In this document: positions 1 to 10,187 of the stretch, piece by piece
Numbering within the stretch: position 1 is the stretch's first letter
Layout: the number at the start of each line of letters is the position of its first letter
Origin: an uncultured Nitrososphaeraceae archaeon
GTDB taxonomy: Archaea > Thermoproteota > Nitrososphaeria > Nitrososphaerales > Nitrososphaeraceae
Assembly: GCA_963729045.1 (NCBI GenBank)
Contig: CAVSMN010000009.1
Location: 160,001 to 224,000 of the forward strand
Direction: 5' to 3'
Length of the DNA: 64,000 bases
The notes under the pieces: generated by a model
The model's database searches: none
Told to the model about the DNA's origin: nothing
Seen by the model: only the letters and a program-made list of their open reading frames with translations
Position numbers and translations under genes: made by a program

Positions 1-164
1 CAGGAAGCTAAAGGATCATCAAGACGTTACCATAAGACCCCATCCACATGAGTTCTCGCTATATGCAGATGTGTGAAATGTAGGTTGAAATGGCAACCAA
101 GACCAACAGTATGATAAAACAAAGGTTAATAACACTGGATTAACACAGTTCTAAATAATTTTTT

Positions 165-239
165 GGAGGGGTTGTCTAGACTGGTTAGGATACCTGCCTT
201 ACACGCAGGTGGTCATGGGTTCAAATCCCATTCCCTCCA
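165..239 (+). tRNA. tRNA-Val(TAC)
   Basis: Cloverleaf: acceptor GGAGGGG/TCCCTCC+A, anticodon arm CCTGC-CT TAC AC-GCAGG, T-arm ATGGG-TTCAAAT-CCCAT; no encoded CCA, no intron. Confidence 0.96.
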
Positions 240-451
240 TTGTATTCACGGAATTACACAGAATGCTTTTATCTAAAAAATGAGATAAGTATCAAGGAAT
301 CAACTAAAGAGACAAAAATAAAGAGAATTGCCCATCTATCAAAAAGCATTTTCATCATCAACAATCATTTATGGCATAAATTTGTAGTAAATGAAATGAA
401 TTGTTCAAATATAAAGATAATATATAAAAAGTCTCATTGTAAACATATTTC

Positions 452-751
452 ATGATACTTAACTTAAAAGTCAACCTGGGTAATGGTTATGTTCATGGAA
501 TAGCATCAAATAATCAAAAATCTTATAAAATAAATATACAGGAAGGTTCAGAAATTCACATGGTTCTTCCAGAAGAGTTGCAAGTAAGTTCTAAAGAAGG
601 ATCGATTTTTTTTACAACTGAAACAGGATATGATATTTCTCTACAGTTAAGTTTTAAGAGAATGGAAACAGATATGATTTTAATTTATACAGATATAGAT
701 ACGTTAATGAAGTTAGCTAAAAATCTCCCTATTCAGATGGAGATAAAATAA
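452..751 (+). CDS. hypothetical protein
   Basis: 99-aa ORF with normal composition, AT-rich TATA-like element about 30 bp upstream. Confidence 0.6.
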   Translation: MILNLKVNLGNGYVHGIASNNQKSYKINIQEGSEIHMVLPEELQVSSKEGSIFFTTETGYDISLQLSFKRMETDMILIYTDIDTLMKLAKNLPIQMEIK

Positions 752-886
752 TACAAAATAAATATCTTTTTTAGTAATGCAAATACGCTCATATATGATA
801 AATTATATCATACACTAGATTCTATAATTATTAAGTTATGTATCATAAATTTAAAGAGTGTATTGGGCAAAGTAAACTACAATAAA

Positions 887-1168
887 TCATTCTACCTCTT
901 TTCCTGTAATTTCGAATAAATATCGGTGACCATTCCTTGTTCCGAGATATTTATAATCCTCTAGATTCTCTATTATATCGCCATCCATGATCCATTGAAA
1001 AGTTCTTTTTTCTTTTTCACTTATAGAATCATCTTCAATGCAGACTAACGTATCATGTTGATCTATGCTGAAATTGTAACCAATTACCTTGGTTCCCTTG
1101 GTTAAGAGAAGGGTAAAGGGACTTTGCTCATTAGGTCCAGGATCAAATCTATGTACTTTTAATTTCAT
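887..1168 (-). CDS. hypothetical protein, resembles a small virus/mobile-element-associated beta-rich domain
   Basis: 93-aa ORF; pattern ...EKRTFQWIMDG...YKYLGT...YLFEI is reminiscent of small phage proteins (from memory only). Confidence 0.55.
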   Translation of the reverse strand: MKLKVHRFDPGPNEQSPFTLLLTKGTKVIGYNFSIDQHDTLVCIEDDSISEKEKRTFQWIMDGDIIENLEDYKYLGTRNGHRYLFEITGKEVE

Positions 1169-1298
1169 AAGATAAAATAACGACCTCTCTTAATTATTGT
1201 ATTGTCCTAAACTTAAGATGGTAAGTTTGATAATGATATATGATAAAGATAATTGTCTGATTAAATTAAACAGATTTTGTCATTATTAATAAGCTAAC

Positions 1299-1570
1299 AT
1301 GACTAATCCAATGTTACAGTATTGTTAATTCATATAGATGAAAAATGTTGAAAAATTAAATCTGACAATATTATTCAACAATCATACAACATCAATCAAC
1401 TTGCCTGTCAATGCGATCAAAATTGATTATAAGGCAGTACTGCATCACATACGTGTATTAAAGAACAATCTAGTCATTGAATCTGGAGAAAAATATGGAA
1501 TTCTTTAATTTATATCGAACCCTAGAGGCAAACATGGATGTACTCATAGAAGTCAAAAACCAAATCTATA
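1299..1570 (+). pseudogene. decayed ArsR-type winged-helix regulator
   Basis: Fragments across frames: YNINQL, IDYKAVLHHIRVLKNNLVIESGEKYGIL*, LEANMDVLIEVK; interrupted by stops and frameshifts. Confidence 0.65.
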
Positions 1571-1713
1571 AGAAAAAGGGAAAGAAATAAAGAATATGAA
1601 GATATGTGGAAATAACCATTTCTATCTTTTGATCTTACTAATTCATTTTAGTTCCAAACAAAAGAACATAATAGTCCTCAGATGGTAAACCATATTCTGT
1701 TGTTTCCATTCAC

Positions 1714-2304
1714 TTATTTAGTCGAGTCAACTTGTTGAGACTTTTCATGACTTTTTTGGTTCCATTTTCCGATTACAATTGACATTGAACTAATCAGTGC
1801 AGTAATAGCGTCTAAAAAGAACTGCTTGCTCAAACCATCATAAAATATAACCTTGTATAAGTTAATTAACGGGTGAGACTTGATCATAGAAATATTCTTT
1901 GGTAATATGAGACTGTCTAACTCGATATATGTTAAATCTAGTTCTTTCCCAGTAATTTGGCTTTCAATATTTTTGTCCAGTTCAAAGGTTGTTCGGATTA
2001 TAAAGCCATCATCTAAATCCTTTTGAAATTCCAAAAACAATGGAGTAGATAACCCCGACGAATAAGGCAATTGTGGTGATATTTGTGCCTGAAATTCGAT
2101 ACCTTCTGTTTTATTTTCCTTTGTGGTATCCTTTGCTTCATAGCCCCATTTTTTTAACCAATCAATTAATTCATAAAATTTTGATTCTTTTAATTTCATC
2201 AATTCAGTTCCATTTTTGCCTGCGTCTTTTTCAACCGTTATCTCCTTACTTACATTACTAGAGGTAGATTCAGCCGAAGTATCGGTATTGTTCGATGTAG
2301 ACAT
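1714..2304 (-). CDS. hypothetical protein, possibly DUF2299-like
   Basis: 196-aa ORF; C-terminal IFYDGLSKQFFLDAI motif. Confidence 0.6.
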   Translation of the reverse strand: MSTSNNTDTSAESTSSNVSKEITVEKDAGKNGTELMKLKESKFYELIDWLKKWGYEAKDTTKENKTEGIEFQAQISPQLPYSSGLSTPLFLEFQKDLDDGFIIRTTFELDKNIESQITGKELDLTYIELDSLILPKNISMIKSHPLINLYKVIFYDGLSKQFFLDAITALISSMSIVIGKWNQKSHEKSQQVDSTK

Positions 2305-2955
2305 CTTCTTAATTAAAATTAAAATATTATTTAAATAATGATTTCAATCTCAATTATGAGACTAACGATTAGTTCAATATCATAAAAGAAACTTATTTGT
2401 TCTTATCAAAGTAATCACTCTTACTAATTGAATTGAGGGAGAAAAAATATTAAGATCTCCTGTATGATAAACATACAGAATTAATTAAGAATTATAAGAG
2501 TTGATCATGTTCTTAATTCGATTCGGATCCGAAATCTCTTCATTCCAAATAGTCTATTATGAGACTAATAACATAGATGGAGCCTCTATTACTCAGGTAA
2601 TATACTGCAATCAAGGATTAACTGTAAGTTGCCATGACTATTTAATAATGATCTTTATTATCGGTTTCGATTCTACATACTGAAAATTACTGAATGTCAA
2701 CTAATAGTATTTTTAGATATTCGGAATTAGATATTATGGTAGTTAATTGGTAAGAGATGCTAACAGGAATTTCTGTTAAATGAACCGTGGTTTCAAAAAA
2801 TTGCAACCTCGTAAATTATTCCTGCAAAGATTTGAAGACATATTGTAAGCCTCATTGCATCTAGGCAATAACTAATCAATGAATACTTGGTTAGCAGATT
2901 TGAATTGAATATGGAATAAGTTTGAAGGAATTAAGCATGGAAAGTAATGAAATGT

Positions 2956-3014
2956 ATTAATTTGTACTTAATATTTCATTAATTTGTACTAATATTTCAT
3001 TAATCTGTACTAAT
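2956..3014. repeat. about 3 tandem copies of a 21-22-bp unit (ATTAATTTGTACTAATATTTC)
   Basis: Units at 2956-2977, 2978-2998 and 2999-3014 (partial), directly upstream of the ferritin-like gene promoter. Confidence 0.85.
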
Positions 3015-3072
3015 TTTTTATAAAATTTCATATAATATTGAAATATTTATATAAAAGAACTGTGTAACATAT

Positions 3073-3567
3073 TTGATCAATATGGGTAAAATGTCTAAAG
3101 AAATAGCTGGACCTGGTGTTGAAGGTACAGTACAAATGCTAAAAAAAGCATATGGCGCTGAATTATCTGCATTTCATTACTTTTGGTTCGTATCACAGAA
3201 TATAGAAGGATTAGGAGTATTGCATCAGGGTTTCTTTGAAGATAGAGCAAAGGAAGAATTAGGACATGCAAAAAAAGTTGCATTTAGGTTAATGCAGTTA
3301 GAAACACAACCAACCGATGAACCATCACAATGGGAACAAGACAGTGGCCTCGGAAAGCTACAACCTTCAAGATATTTAACACTTAGAAGTGCATTGGAAA
3401 AAGCATTAGAATTTGAAAGGGCTGTAATTAAACATTATAATGATTTGGCAAATAATGTAAAAGATAAAGACCATGCAACATACCATCTTGCATTAGAATT
3501 ATTAGATGCAGAGTTGGAAGATGAACAAAACATAGAAGATATTTTAGCAAAGCTAGAAATCAAATAA
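3073..3567 (+). CDS. ferritin-like di-iron protein (DpsL/bacterioferritin-like)
   Basis: AELSAFHYFW, EELGHA, ALEFERAVIKHY and EDEQ di-iron helix motifs; true start probably ATG at 3082. Confidence 0.85.
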   Translation: MINMGKMSKEIAGPGVEGTVQMLKKAYGAELSAFHYFWFVSQNIEGLGVLHQGFFEDRAKEELGHAKKVAFRLMQLETQPTDEPSQWEQDSGLGKLQPSRYLTLRSALEKALEFERAVIKHYNDLANNVKDKDHATYHLALELLDAELEDEQNIEDILAKLEIK

Positions 3568-3961
3568 AATATTTTTCTTTTAATTTTTGATTTAAAACAA
3601 TGATATAAATATATTGTAAAAGTACTTAGTCAGGTTGACTGACACCATTTCTAAATATTCTACTTTTTTGTACAGCGTGTAAGATTAGCGTAAATTTATC
3701 GGATATTAAATTTGTTAAACTAGCAAATAATATGGCGACAATTGAAGGCAATTGTACTATTTGCGGTCTCAGGTTGATGAAGGGAAAGATTATGCCAAAA
3801 GCAGGAAAAAATCCACTCCAAAAGAGCAAAAGAAAAAATAGTAGAAGAAAATTAAGTCCTTATAATTTGTTAAAGTCGAAGAAATGATTTTAAATTATAG
3901 TAAATAAATGGTAAGAAAAGCAATATTATGTTTTGTGATTGATTTTCAACAAATACGTTAA

Positions 3962-4240
3962 TTAGCCATTATTTTCTCTTTTTCTATTGGATGGAAGCTC
4001 CAAACCGATAATGCCCATCATTGATTCGCCTATGGGTTCAAATATAGTTCTGAGAGATTCATCATCATAATACTTTGCTATATCAGACAACTTTGATTCG
4101 ATTTTCTTTTGTTCAATTTTTAATAAAACATATCTAGCTATAAGGGCCTTAACCTCGTCTGCTTTATCTTCCTGAATAGGATGCTTCCCTGATGAAGTAG
4201 AATTTGATGTATTAGAGGTGGTTTTAGTAGGCAATACCAA
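3962..4240 (-). CDS. hypothetical protein (coiled-coil)
   Basis: 92-aa ORF, 22 bp downstream of 4263..4466 in the same orientation. Confidence 0.5.
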   Translation of the reverse strand: MVLPTKTTSNTSNSTSSGKHPIQEDKADEVKALIARYVLLKIEQKKIESKLSDIAKYYDDESLRTIFEPIGESMMGIIGLELPSNRKRENNG

Positions 4241-4262
4241 TTTTATTAGTTACTTCCTAATA

Positions 4263-4466
4263 CTATGGGGCATCTTTGAGGACTACGATAGGACCATATC
4301 TTATTGCCGTCTCATTTAAAGCAAAAGTCATTTGGTCGATTGAGTCAAGTATTCCATCTGTGTTTTCGCAAATATAGGTTATAAAATTGTCTTCAGATTC
4401 TTTTTCTTCATTTTCATTTATGAGTGACGATGATAATAAAGATTGTTGGTGGTCGGTAGTAGACAT
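4263..4466 (-). CDS. hypothetical acidic protein
   Basis: 67-aa ORF with ATG start and TATA-like TTAAATA upstream. Confidence 0.45.
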   Translation of the reverse strand: MSTTDHQQSLLSSSLINENEEKESEDNFITYICENTDGILDSIDQMTFALNETAIRYGPIVVLKDAP

Positions 4467-5688
4467 TAGTATGGCCTAATTAATCCAGCCTAATATTTAA
4501 ATTGTTTCATAATATAGAATATCAAATCATGTTCTATTACCATTGCCATTACCACGGGTACAACATTATGTTAGAAAATGATAGAATTGTGGATATATTC
4601 ACATATCATCATCATTTTTGTACAGGTTAATTAATTCGCTCTTTATTAACACATTTAATAACCAGTTCATAATTGCATACAACGCTAAAAAGAAAATGAA
4701 ACTGACTTTTCATTGATAAGTTAATAATTTTTTGAATTTTTAATTAGTTCGATAATAGTTGAAATCTCAATTATCGCATTGAATTTTTTTAAGTTTCTGG
4801 TATCATAAGGGTTGTAATATGGAACGATTTAGAACTCGATATAATTATGTCTAAATTCAATTCAGGAGGTTAGATTCGTTGAATCATAAAAAACCCGTAA
4901 AATTCCATACAAGATTTGAGCATTAATTCTTTCTGCTGATAATATCTGGCTTGCACTCGGATCCATGGAATAATTCATAAATATTTATTCATTTTTGTAA
5001 TTTTGTTTTGCACCGCAGACCGAGACCAAATCTCATTTTTGAAAATCTAGATCAATATTAAATAAAACATAATCTAAAGTTAGAGCAAAGTTCCAATGAA
5101 ACCATTGGTTGACTTTGAATCGGTAAGAAAGGCTACAATCATGACATAAGTTCACATAACACTTTTTGTAGCAATATGTAACAAAATCATGAGTAGGTCA
5201 TCCGTACCTAAAATGATGCCTTGATTACTGTTTTAGTGACAAACATATCTATTGCATGTATATGTTCAATCAAACAATCAGGTATATTACTCAGAATTTT
5301 AGATTTATAGAATCAAAAACGAAAATCTAGATCAATATTAAATAAGTATTTGAGCAATTCAATGATACTACTCGGAAGTCAATAGTGCAAAGAATTTCAT
5401 CCAGTCAAACCTAATGTGATATTTGGGGAGTAATAAGGCTACAATCATGTGATAAGTATCTTCTATTGAGGAGTGTTTATGACTGAATGAAAGCAATTTC
5501 ATCCAAACGGATTTATTGATGTTTTTGAGGATACAAAAACATGGGAGGCAACTTGAGACCTTATTGACGCCTTCATTACTCTTCCACGTATCAAAATTTA
5601 AGGAAAAAGGGAGGAAAAAATTAATTACTACATAAAAATATCAACATGTCTGAATAAAAAACCAAATAGTCTAGAAATCCAGACTATT

Positions 5689-5967
5689 CTATTGTTGACC
5701 TAATGCGTTGTTACCATCATTCAAGTTGAATGACAAAGCAACGTTGTTACCAGATGCCGCAGAATCCCCATTTTCAGAGAATACTTCACTAGATTGTCCA
5801 GTAAACTGATCCTGTAAAACTCCTTGGGTCGAGTTGTTTGATTTAATCTTTTTTGCAAAAACACTTTGGTTATCGGTGTTCACATTCAATGCACCTACAA
5901 CTAGCAGTGTAGTTGTAGAAGCAATTACCACTACAAGAATCATCGATTTATTTTTTATTCTAGACAT
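5689..5967 (-). CDS. small secreted Q/N/S/G-rich protein
   Basis: Signal peptide-like N-terminus ending in VFA; mature part ends SGNNVALSFNLNDGNNALGQQ. Confidence 0.75.
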   Translation of the reverse strand: MSRIKNKSMILVVVIASTTTLLVVGALNVNTDNQSVFAKKIKSNNSTQGVLQDQFTGQSSEVFSENGDSAASGNNVALSFNLNDGNNALGQQ

Positions 5968-6583
5968 CTTAATTATATTTCACATCAAATAATCAGAGTA
6001 TTTAGATTATCGAGCAAAAAACTGTAAAATAATTCTATAACCTACCTGATTTTATATCCTAAATTTGCATGTCAAATATTGCATCAATTATTTCCTTGAT
6101 TTGCATTTTGCAGTCATAAGCTAAAATACTTAAATCCCATTTTCTATAAAAAGATACTAAACAAGGAAACAGATCATTAATAGTGAGATCATTTTTGGGA
6201 AAATAGGAAAGTGGAATGGAATGTGATATAACATAACTAGAACATCTAGATCCTCAATTCATTTTCTTTATTTTGGTAAAAGAAAATCAAGTTTGTGTGT
6301 ATAAATTTGTCATATCGTATTAGTAAAACTTTGTCTGATATTGTTATCTACATCAATCTTTGCAAAAGGGTAAAAGAAATAATCAACGATCCTCTAGTCA
6401 ATTAGCGTTACTTTCACAAATATCCCAGTAACTAAAAAACCAGCAAATTAACTTACAATATATTACTAATCATTATACTTTGGTTTATTTATATTACATA
6501 ATTACCTAGTTATTTATTTTCATGATACAAAATTAAGATAGGATCCGCTTATTGAGTAAGTAGGTAGTCTCCTACTACAAGTT

Positions 6584-7510
6584 TTAATGAGTAATAACAC
6601 CTAATTTACCATTCCTATAGTCTTCCATTGCCTGATATATCTCCTGTTTTGTATTCATTACAAAAGGACCATATCGTGCTATAGGTTCGTTTAGTGGAAC
6701 ACCTGCAATGAAAAGAAATTGTAATGATTCATTAGCATCTTTGGATGACTTTATCTTTATGTTCTCCCCGTCATTATTAAAAATAATTACGTTTCCTCTT
6801 TTTGCATACTTTTCATCATTTCCAAAAGTACCTTCACCTGATATCACATATACAAACGCATTATAGTTACTTTGAAGATGATGTATAATTTCAGACCCCG
6901 GGTTTAAGGTAAAGTGCAAATACTGAATGGGAATTTTTGTCCTAATTGCTGATTCAACGTTAAAAGCCTCTCCCGCAATTACCTTTACATGTCCACTATC
7001 CTCTAATAATTTGACAACTGGAATTTCTGAAGAAGGAATATCTTGATAATGTGGATTAGTCATTTTATCTTTCTGAGGCAAATTTACCCACAATTGAAAT
7101 CCGTGTAATCTCCCCCCTTTCTTACTGAACTCCATTTCGGGCATCTCTGAATGGATTACTCCTGATCCGGCGGTCATCCATTGAATATCTCCGGCATTGA
7201 GCTTTCCTGAATTCCCTGACGAATCCTTATGTTCAAAAATACCCTCTATCAAATATGTTACTGTTTCAAATCCTCTGTGTGGATGATCTGGTGCTCCCTT
7301 GGCTTCCCCAGGTTTGAAGTCCATTGGGCCCATTTCATCGAGAAGTAAAAAGGGATCTATATGAGATAAAGAATTGGTAGGAAATGATCTATTGACTATA
7401 AACCCATCACCTTCAGTAGTCTTTAGACTGTTTATTATTTTATTAATAGAACGATTTTTGTTGATAACTTCGTTTTGATCTGGGTGTTGCTGTTGTATTT
7501 TTTCCACCAT
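6584..7510 (-). CDS. pirin family protein
   Basis: DPFLLLD, HPHRGFETVTY, WMTAGSGVIHSE, FQLWVNLP, GPFVMNT. Confidence 0.95.
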   Translation of the reverse strand: MVEKIQQQHPDQNEVINKNRSINKIINSLKTTEGDGFIVNRSFPTNSLSHIDPFLLLDEMGPMDFKPGEAKGAPDHPHRGFETVTYLIEGIFEHKDSSGNSGKLNAGDIQWMTAGSGVIHSEMPEMEFSKKGGRLHGFQLWVNLPQKDKMTNPHYQDIPSSEIPVVKLLEDSGHVKVIAGEAFNVESAIRTKIPIQYLHFTLNPGSEIIHHLQSNYNAFVYVISGEGTFGNDEKYAKRGNVIIFNNDGENIKIKSSKDANESLQFLFIAGVPLNEPIARYGPFVMNTKQEIYQAMEDYRNGKLGVITH

Positions 7511-7729
7511 TTTATTTCGTTAATCTTGTATATAACTATAGTAGTAATTTATTACTTAGTTAGTTATTAGTATTTAACCATGATTTGGCGATTTTTTGGT
7601 TGTTACCTAAAACCAAGATACACGATAACTAAATCGGATGGAATGTATTTGATACCGTAGTAATAATAACAATAAGATTATAAAATTTTAATACCTGATA
7701 AGCTATTATAATTTGGACAGGAAGTTCTG

Positions 7730-8101
7730 ATGAAAGAAGAAAAATGCGATGTAGTAGATATATGGGAGGTATTAGGAAAAAGATGGTCACTACACATTCT
7801 AAAGAATTTGAGCACTAATGGAATAATCAGATTCAACGAACTTAAAAGATTGATACCAGACATTAGTAGTACTGTTTTATCTCAAAGATTACTGGAGCTA
7901 GAAAGGGAAGGTCTAATATCAAAAAAAATTTATTCAGAAATTCCCGTTCGGGTAGAATATAGTTTAACACCTAGGACGAAAGAATTAGAGACCATTTTGC
8001 AACAACTAAATGATTGGATAAATAAATGGAAAGCATATGAGAAAAGAAAAGAAATCAAGAGTGTGACAGCGACCATATCAAAATCTGCTCCTACATCATA
8101 A
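7730..8101 (+). CDS. HxlR-family transcriptional regulator
   Basis: LGKRWSLHIL, RFNELKR, LSQRLLELEREGLI, PVRVEYSLT; divergent from pirin. Confidence 0.92.
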   Translation: MKEEKCDVVDIWEVLGKRWSLHILKNLSTNGIIRFNELKRLIPDISSTVLSQRLLELEREGLISKKIYSEIPVRVEYSLTPRTKELETILQQLNDWINKWKAYEKRKEIKSVTATISKSAPTS

Positions 8102-8356
8102 AGATTATCAGCAAGTTAATCGCTGCGGGACGAGCAATCCTTTGATATGGTATATTTTTTGTAATTTTTTATTCAAGTAATTTAACATCTTTTCATTATT
8201 CCTTTATGAAATAGATCTTTGTACTAAACTTTATACTCATTATGACAGTCATATCGTTGTTAAGATTCATTCAAAAACTTAATTAGTTTACAAAAACGAT
8301 GGTATTTACTGACAAAATCATGCATGAACGCAAAGTCTTGACTTTTTTGTACTTTA

Positions 8357-9979
8357 ATGTTAATCATCTTTTCTTCAACATTTTCATCTTATATTCAGTT
8401 TTCTTATGGGGCCTATGCTAAAGCCCCTCTGTCTCCTTATGGCCCCACCGTAAATGACGATAATCTTACAGTCGAAAAGATAACGGAAGGTCTTGATTTT
8501 CCTACGAGTATGTCCTTCATTGGAAACAACGATATATTAGTAACGGAAAAAGAAACCGGTATTGTAAAGAGGGTGCTAAATGGTCAAGTACAGGAAACAC
8601 CGGCACTCGACGTGTCCGTAGCCAATAGCATAGAGCGTGGGCTTTTAGGAATCGCAGTATCTAAACAACCGGACGGAAAAACATATGTTTTCTTGTCCTA
8701 CACTGAATCCGGTAATGATGCAGACGGTAGTGATGTTGAAGACAACGTCGACCCGTCAGGCAACAGACTATATCGCTATGATTATGTCGATGGCAAATTG
8801 ATAAACCCTGTCCTTTTATTTGATTTAACTGCTATTCCCGAAAATGAAAGAGGAGAACATAATGGCGGTAAAATTCGAATTGGACCCGATAATAATGTGT
8901 ACTTCATAGTTGGAGAGGTAGGAGGTCATAGAACTCAAGCTCAAAATATCGCTGATGGTCCCGCCCCGAATGGTCTGGGAGGTGTTTTGAGGATTTCTCA
9001 GGATGGTGGAATAGTCGACCCAGGCAATCCTATTTTTGGAGAGGGATTGCCGTTGAATGTATACTATGCTATGGGTATTCGAAATAGTTTCGGTTTTGAT
9101 TTTGATCCTTTAACAGGTAATTTATGGGACACAGAAAACGGGCCTACAGTGGCAGATGAAATCAATCTTATTTTGCCAGGCTTTAATGGTGGTTGGTCTC
9201 AGGTTCAAGGCTATTTGAACCAGGATCTACTAGGGCGAGGAATAACATCTGAAGATGAACTTGTAACATTTGGTAACGGCAAATATACTGATCCGAAATT
9301 TGTATGGGTTACCACAATTGGAGCTACAGCATTAAAATTCTTGAATTCTGAGAAATTGGGTAAAGAGTATGCAAACGATATGTTTACAGGAGACATCAAC
9401 AATGGCTTGTTATATCGATTTACTCTGAATGAGGCACGTGACAATATACTTATAAATGATACTTCTCTAGGTAATGTTGCAGCACTTGCTGACAATCAGG
9501 TTGATGAGACCACCGAAAATCGACCTTTAATATTTGGACAAGGTTTCGGGGGAATAACCGATATTCAGGTTGGCCCAGACGGTTATCTTTATGTATTAAG
9601 TTATACCGGTGCGTTATATAGAATAGTACCCTTATCTGAAAGTAATATTCCCAAAAATCAACCTGATTTAGCCGCTCAAAATGAAACACAAAGTGCAGAC
9701 TCTATCCCCGTGGTCATTGCTGGATTAAAAGGTGATCAGTCATATTCACCTAACCCAATTAACATAGAAGCTGGCCAAACCATAACGTGGTACAATGGTG
9801 ATTCCATATCGCATACTGTAACTTCAGGACAGGATAATGACGGGGATGAGGGTACTGAATTTGATTCTGATGCAATCATACCTAATCAACATTATAGTCT
9901 GACATTTGATAGGTCTGGAGAATACCCATATTATTGTATATACCATCCTACAATGGTAGGCGAGGTAATAGTAGAATAG
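8357..9979 (+). CDS. secreted PQQ-dependent sugar dehydrogenase (GSDH family) fused to a C-terminal cupredoxin domain
   Basis: ERGLLGIA, HNGGKIRIGPD, GIRNSFGFDFDP, TENGP...DEIN; C-terminal SHTVT...YYCIYHPTMVG type-1 Cu ligands. Confidence 0.9.
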   Translation: MLIIFSSTFSSYIQFSYGAYAKAPLSPYGPTVNDDNLTVEKITEGLDFPTSMSFIGNNDILVTEKETGIVKRVLNGQVQETPALDVSVANSIERGLLGIAVSKQPDGKTYVFLSYTESGNDADGSDVEDNVDPSGNRLYRYDYVDGKLINPVLLFDLTAIPENERGEHNGGKIRIGPDNNVYFIVGEVGGHRTQAQNIADGPAPNGLGGVLRISQDGGIVDPGNPIFGEGLPLNVYYAMGIRNSFGFDFDPLTGNLWDTENGPTVADEINLILPGFNGGWSQVQGYLNQDLLGRGITSEDELVTFGNGKYTDPKFVWVTTIGATALKFLNSEKLGKEYANDMFTGDINNGLLYRFTLNEARDNILINDTSLGNVAALADNQVDETTENRPLIFGQGFGGITDIQVGPDGYLYVLSYTGALYRIVPLSESNIPKNQPDLAAQNETQSADSIPVVIAGLKGDQSYSPNPINIEAGQTITWYNGDSISHTVTSGQDNDGDEGTEFDSDAIIPNQHYSLTFDRSGEYPYYCIYHPTMVGEVIVE

Positions 9980-10187
9980 AATAATCATTTTTAGAAAAAT
10001 AGTATTTGCTTTCATCAGACATATTTAACCCTATATGAACATTTATTAAAACTCCAATTCACATGATATCTAATCTGAGCGCAAAAATCGTAAAGAAATT
10101 CATGTTTGTAATTAATAATTGTTTAGGATATCAAAATTAATCGACTATAATTTATCATATATATATAATATTTAACTAAAGAGAAAT

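Noticed and set aside
240..455. 71-aa ORF directly after tRNA-Val
   Set aside because: Starts at the tRNA 3' end with TTG, leaves no room for a promoter, and has no recognisable motif
6132..6141. AAATCCCATT matching the tRNA-Val 3' half as an attR site
   Set aside because: Only 10 bp in AT-rich DNA, plausible by chance, and no integrase nearby
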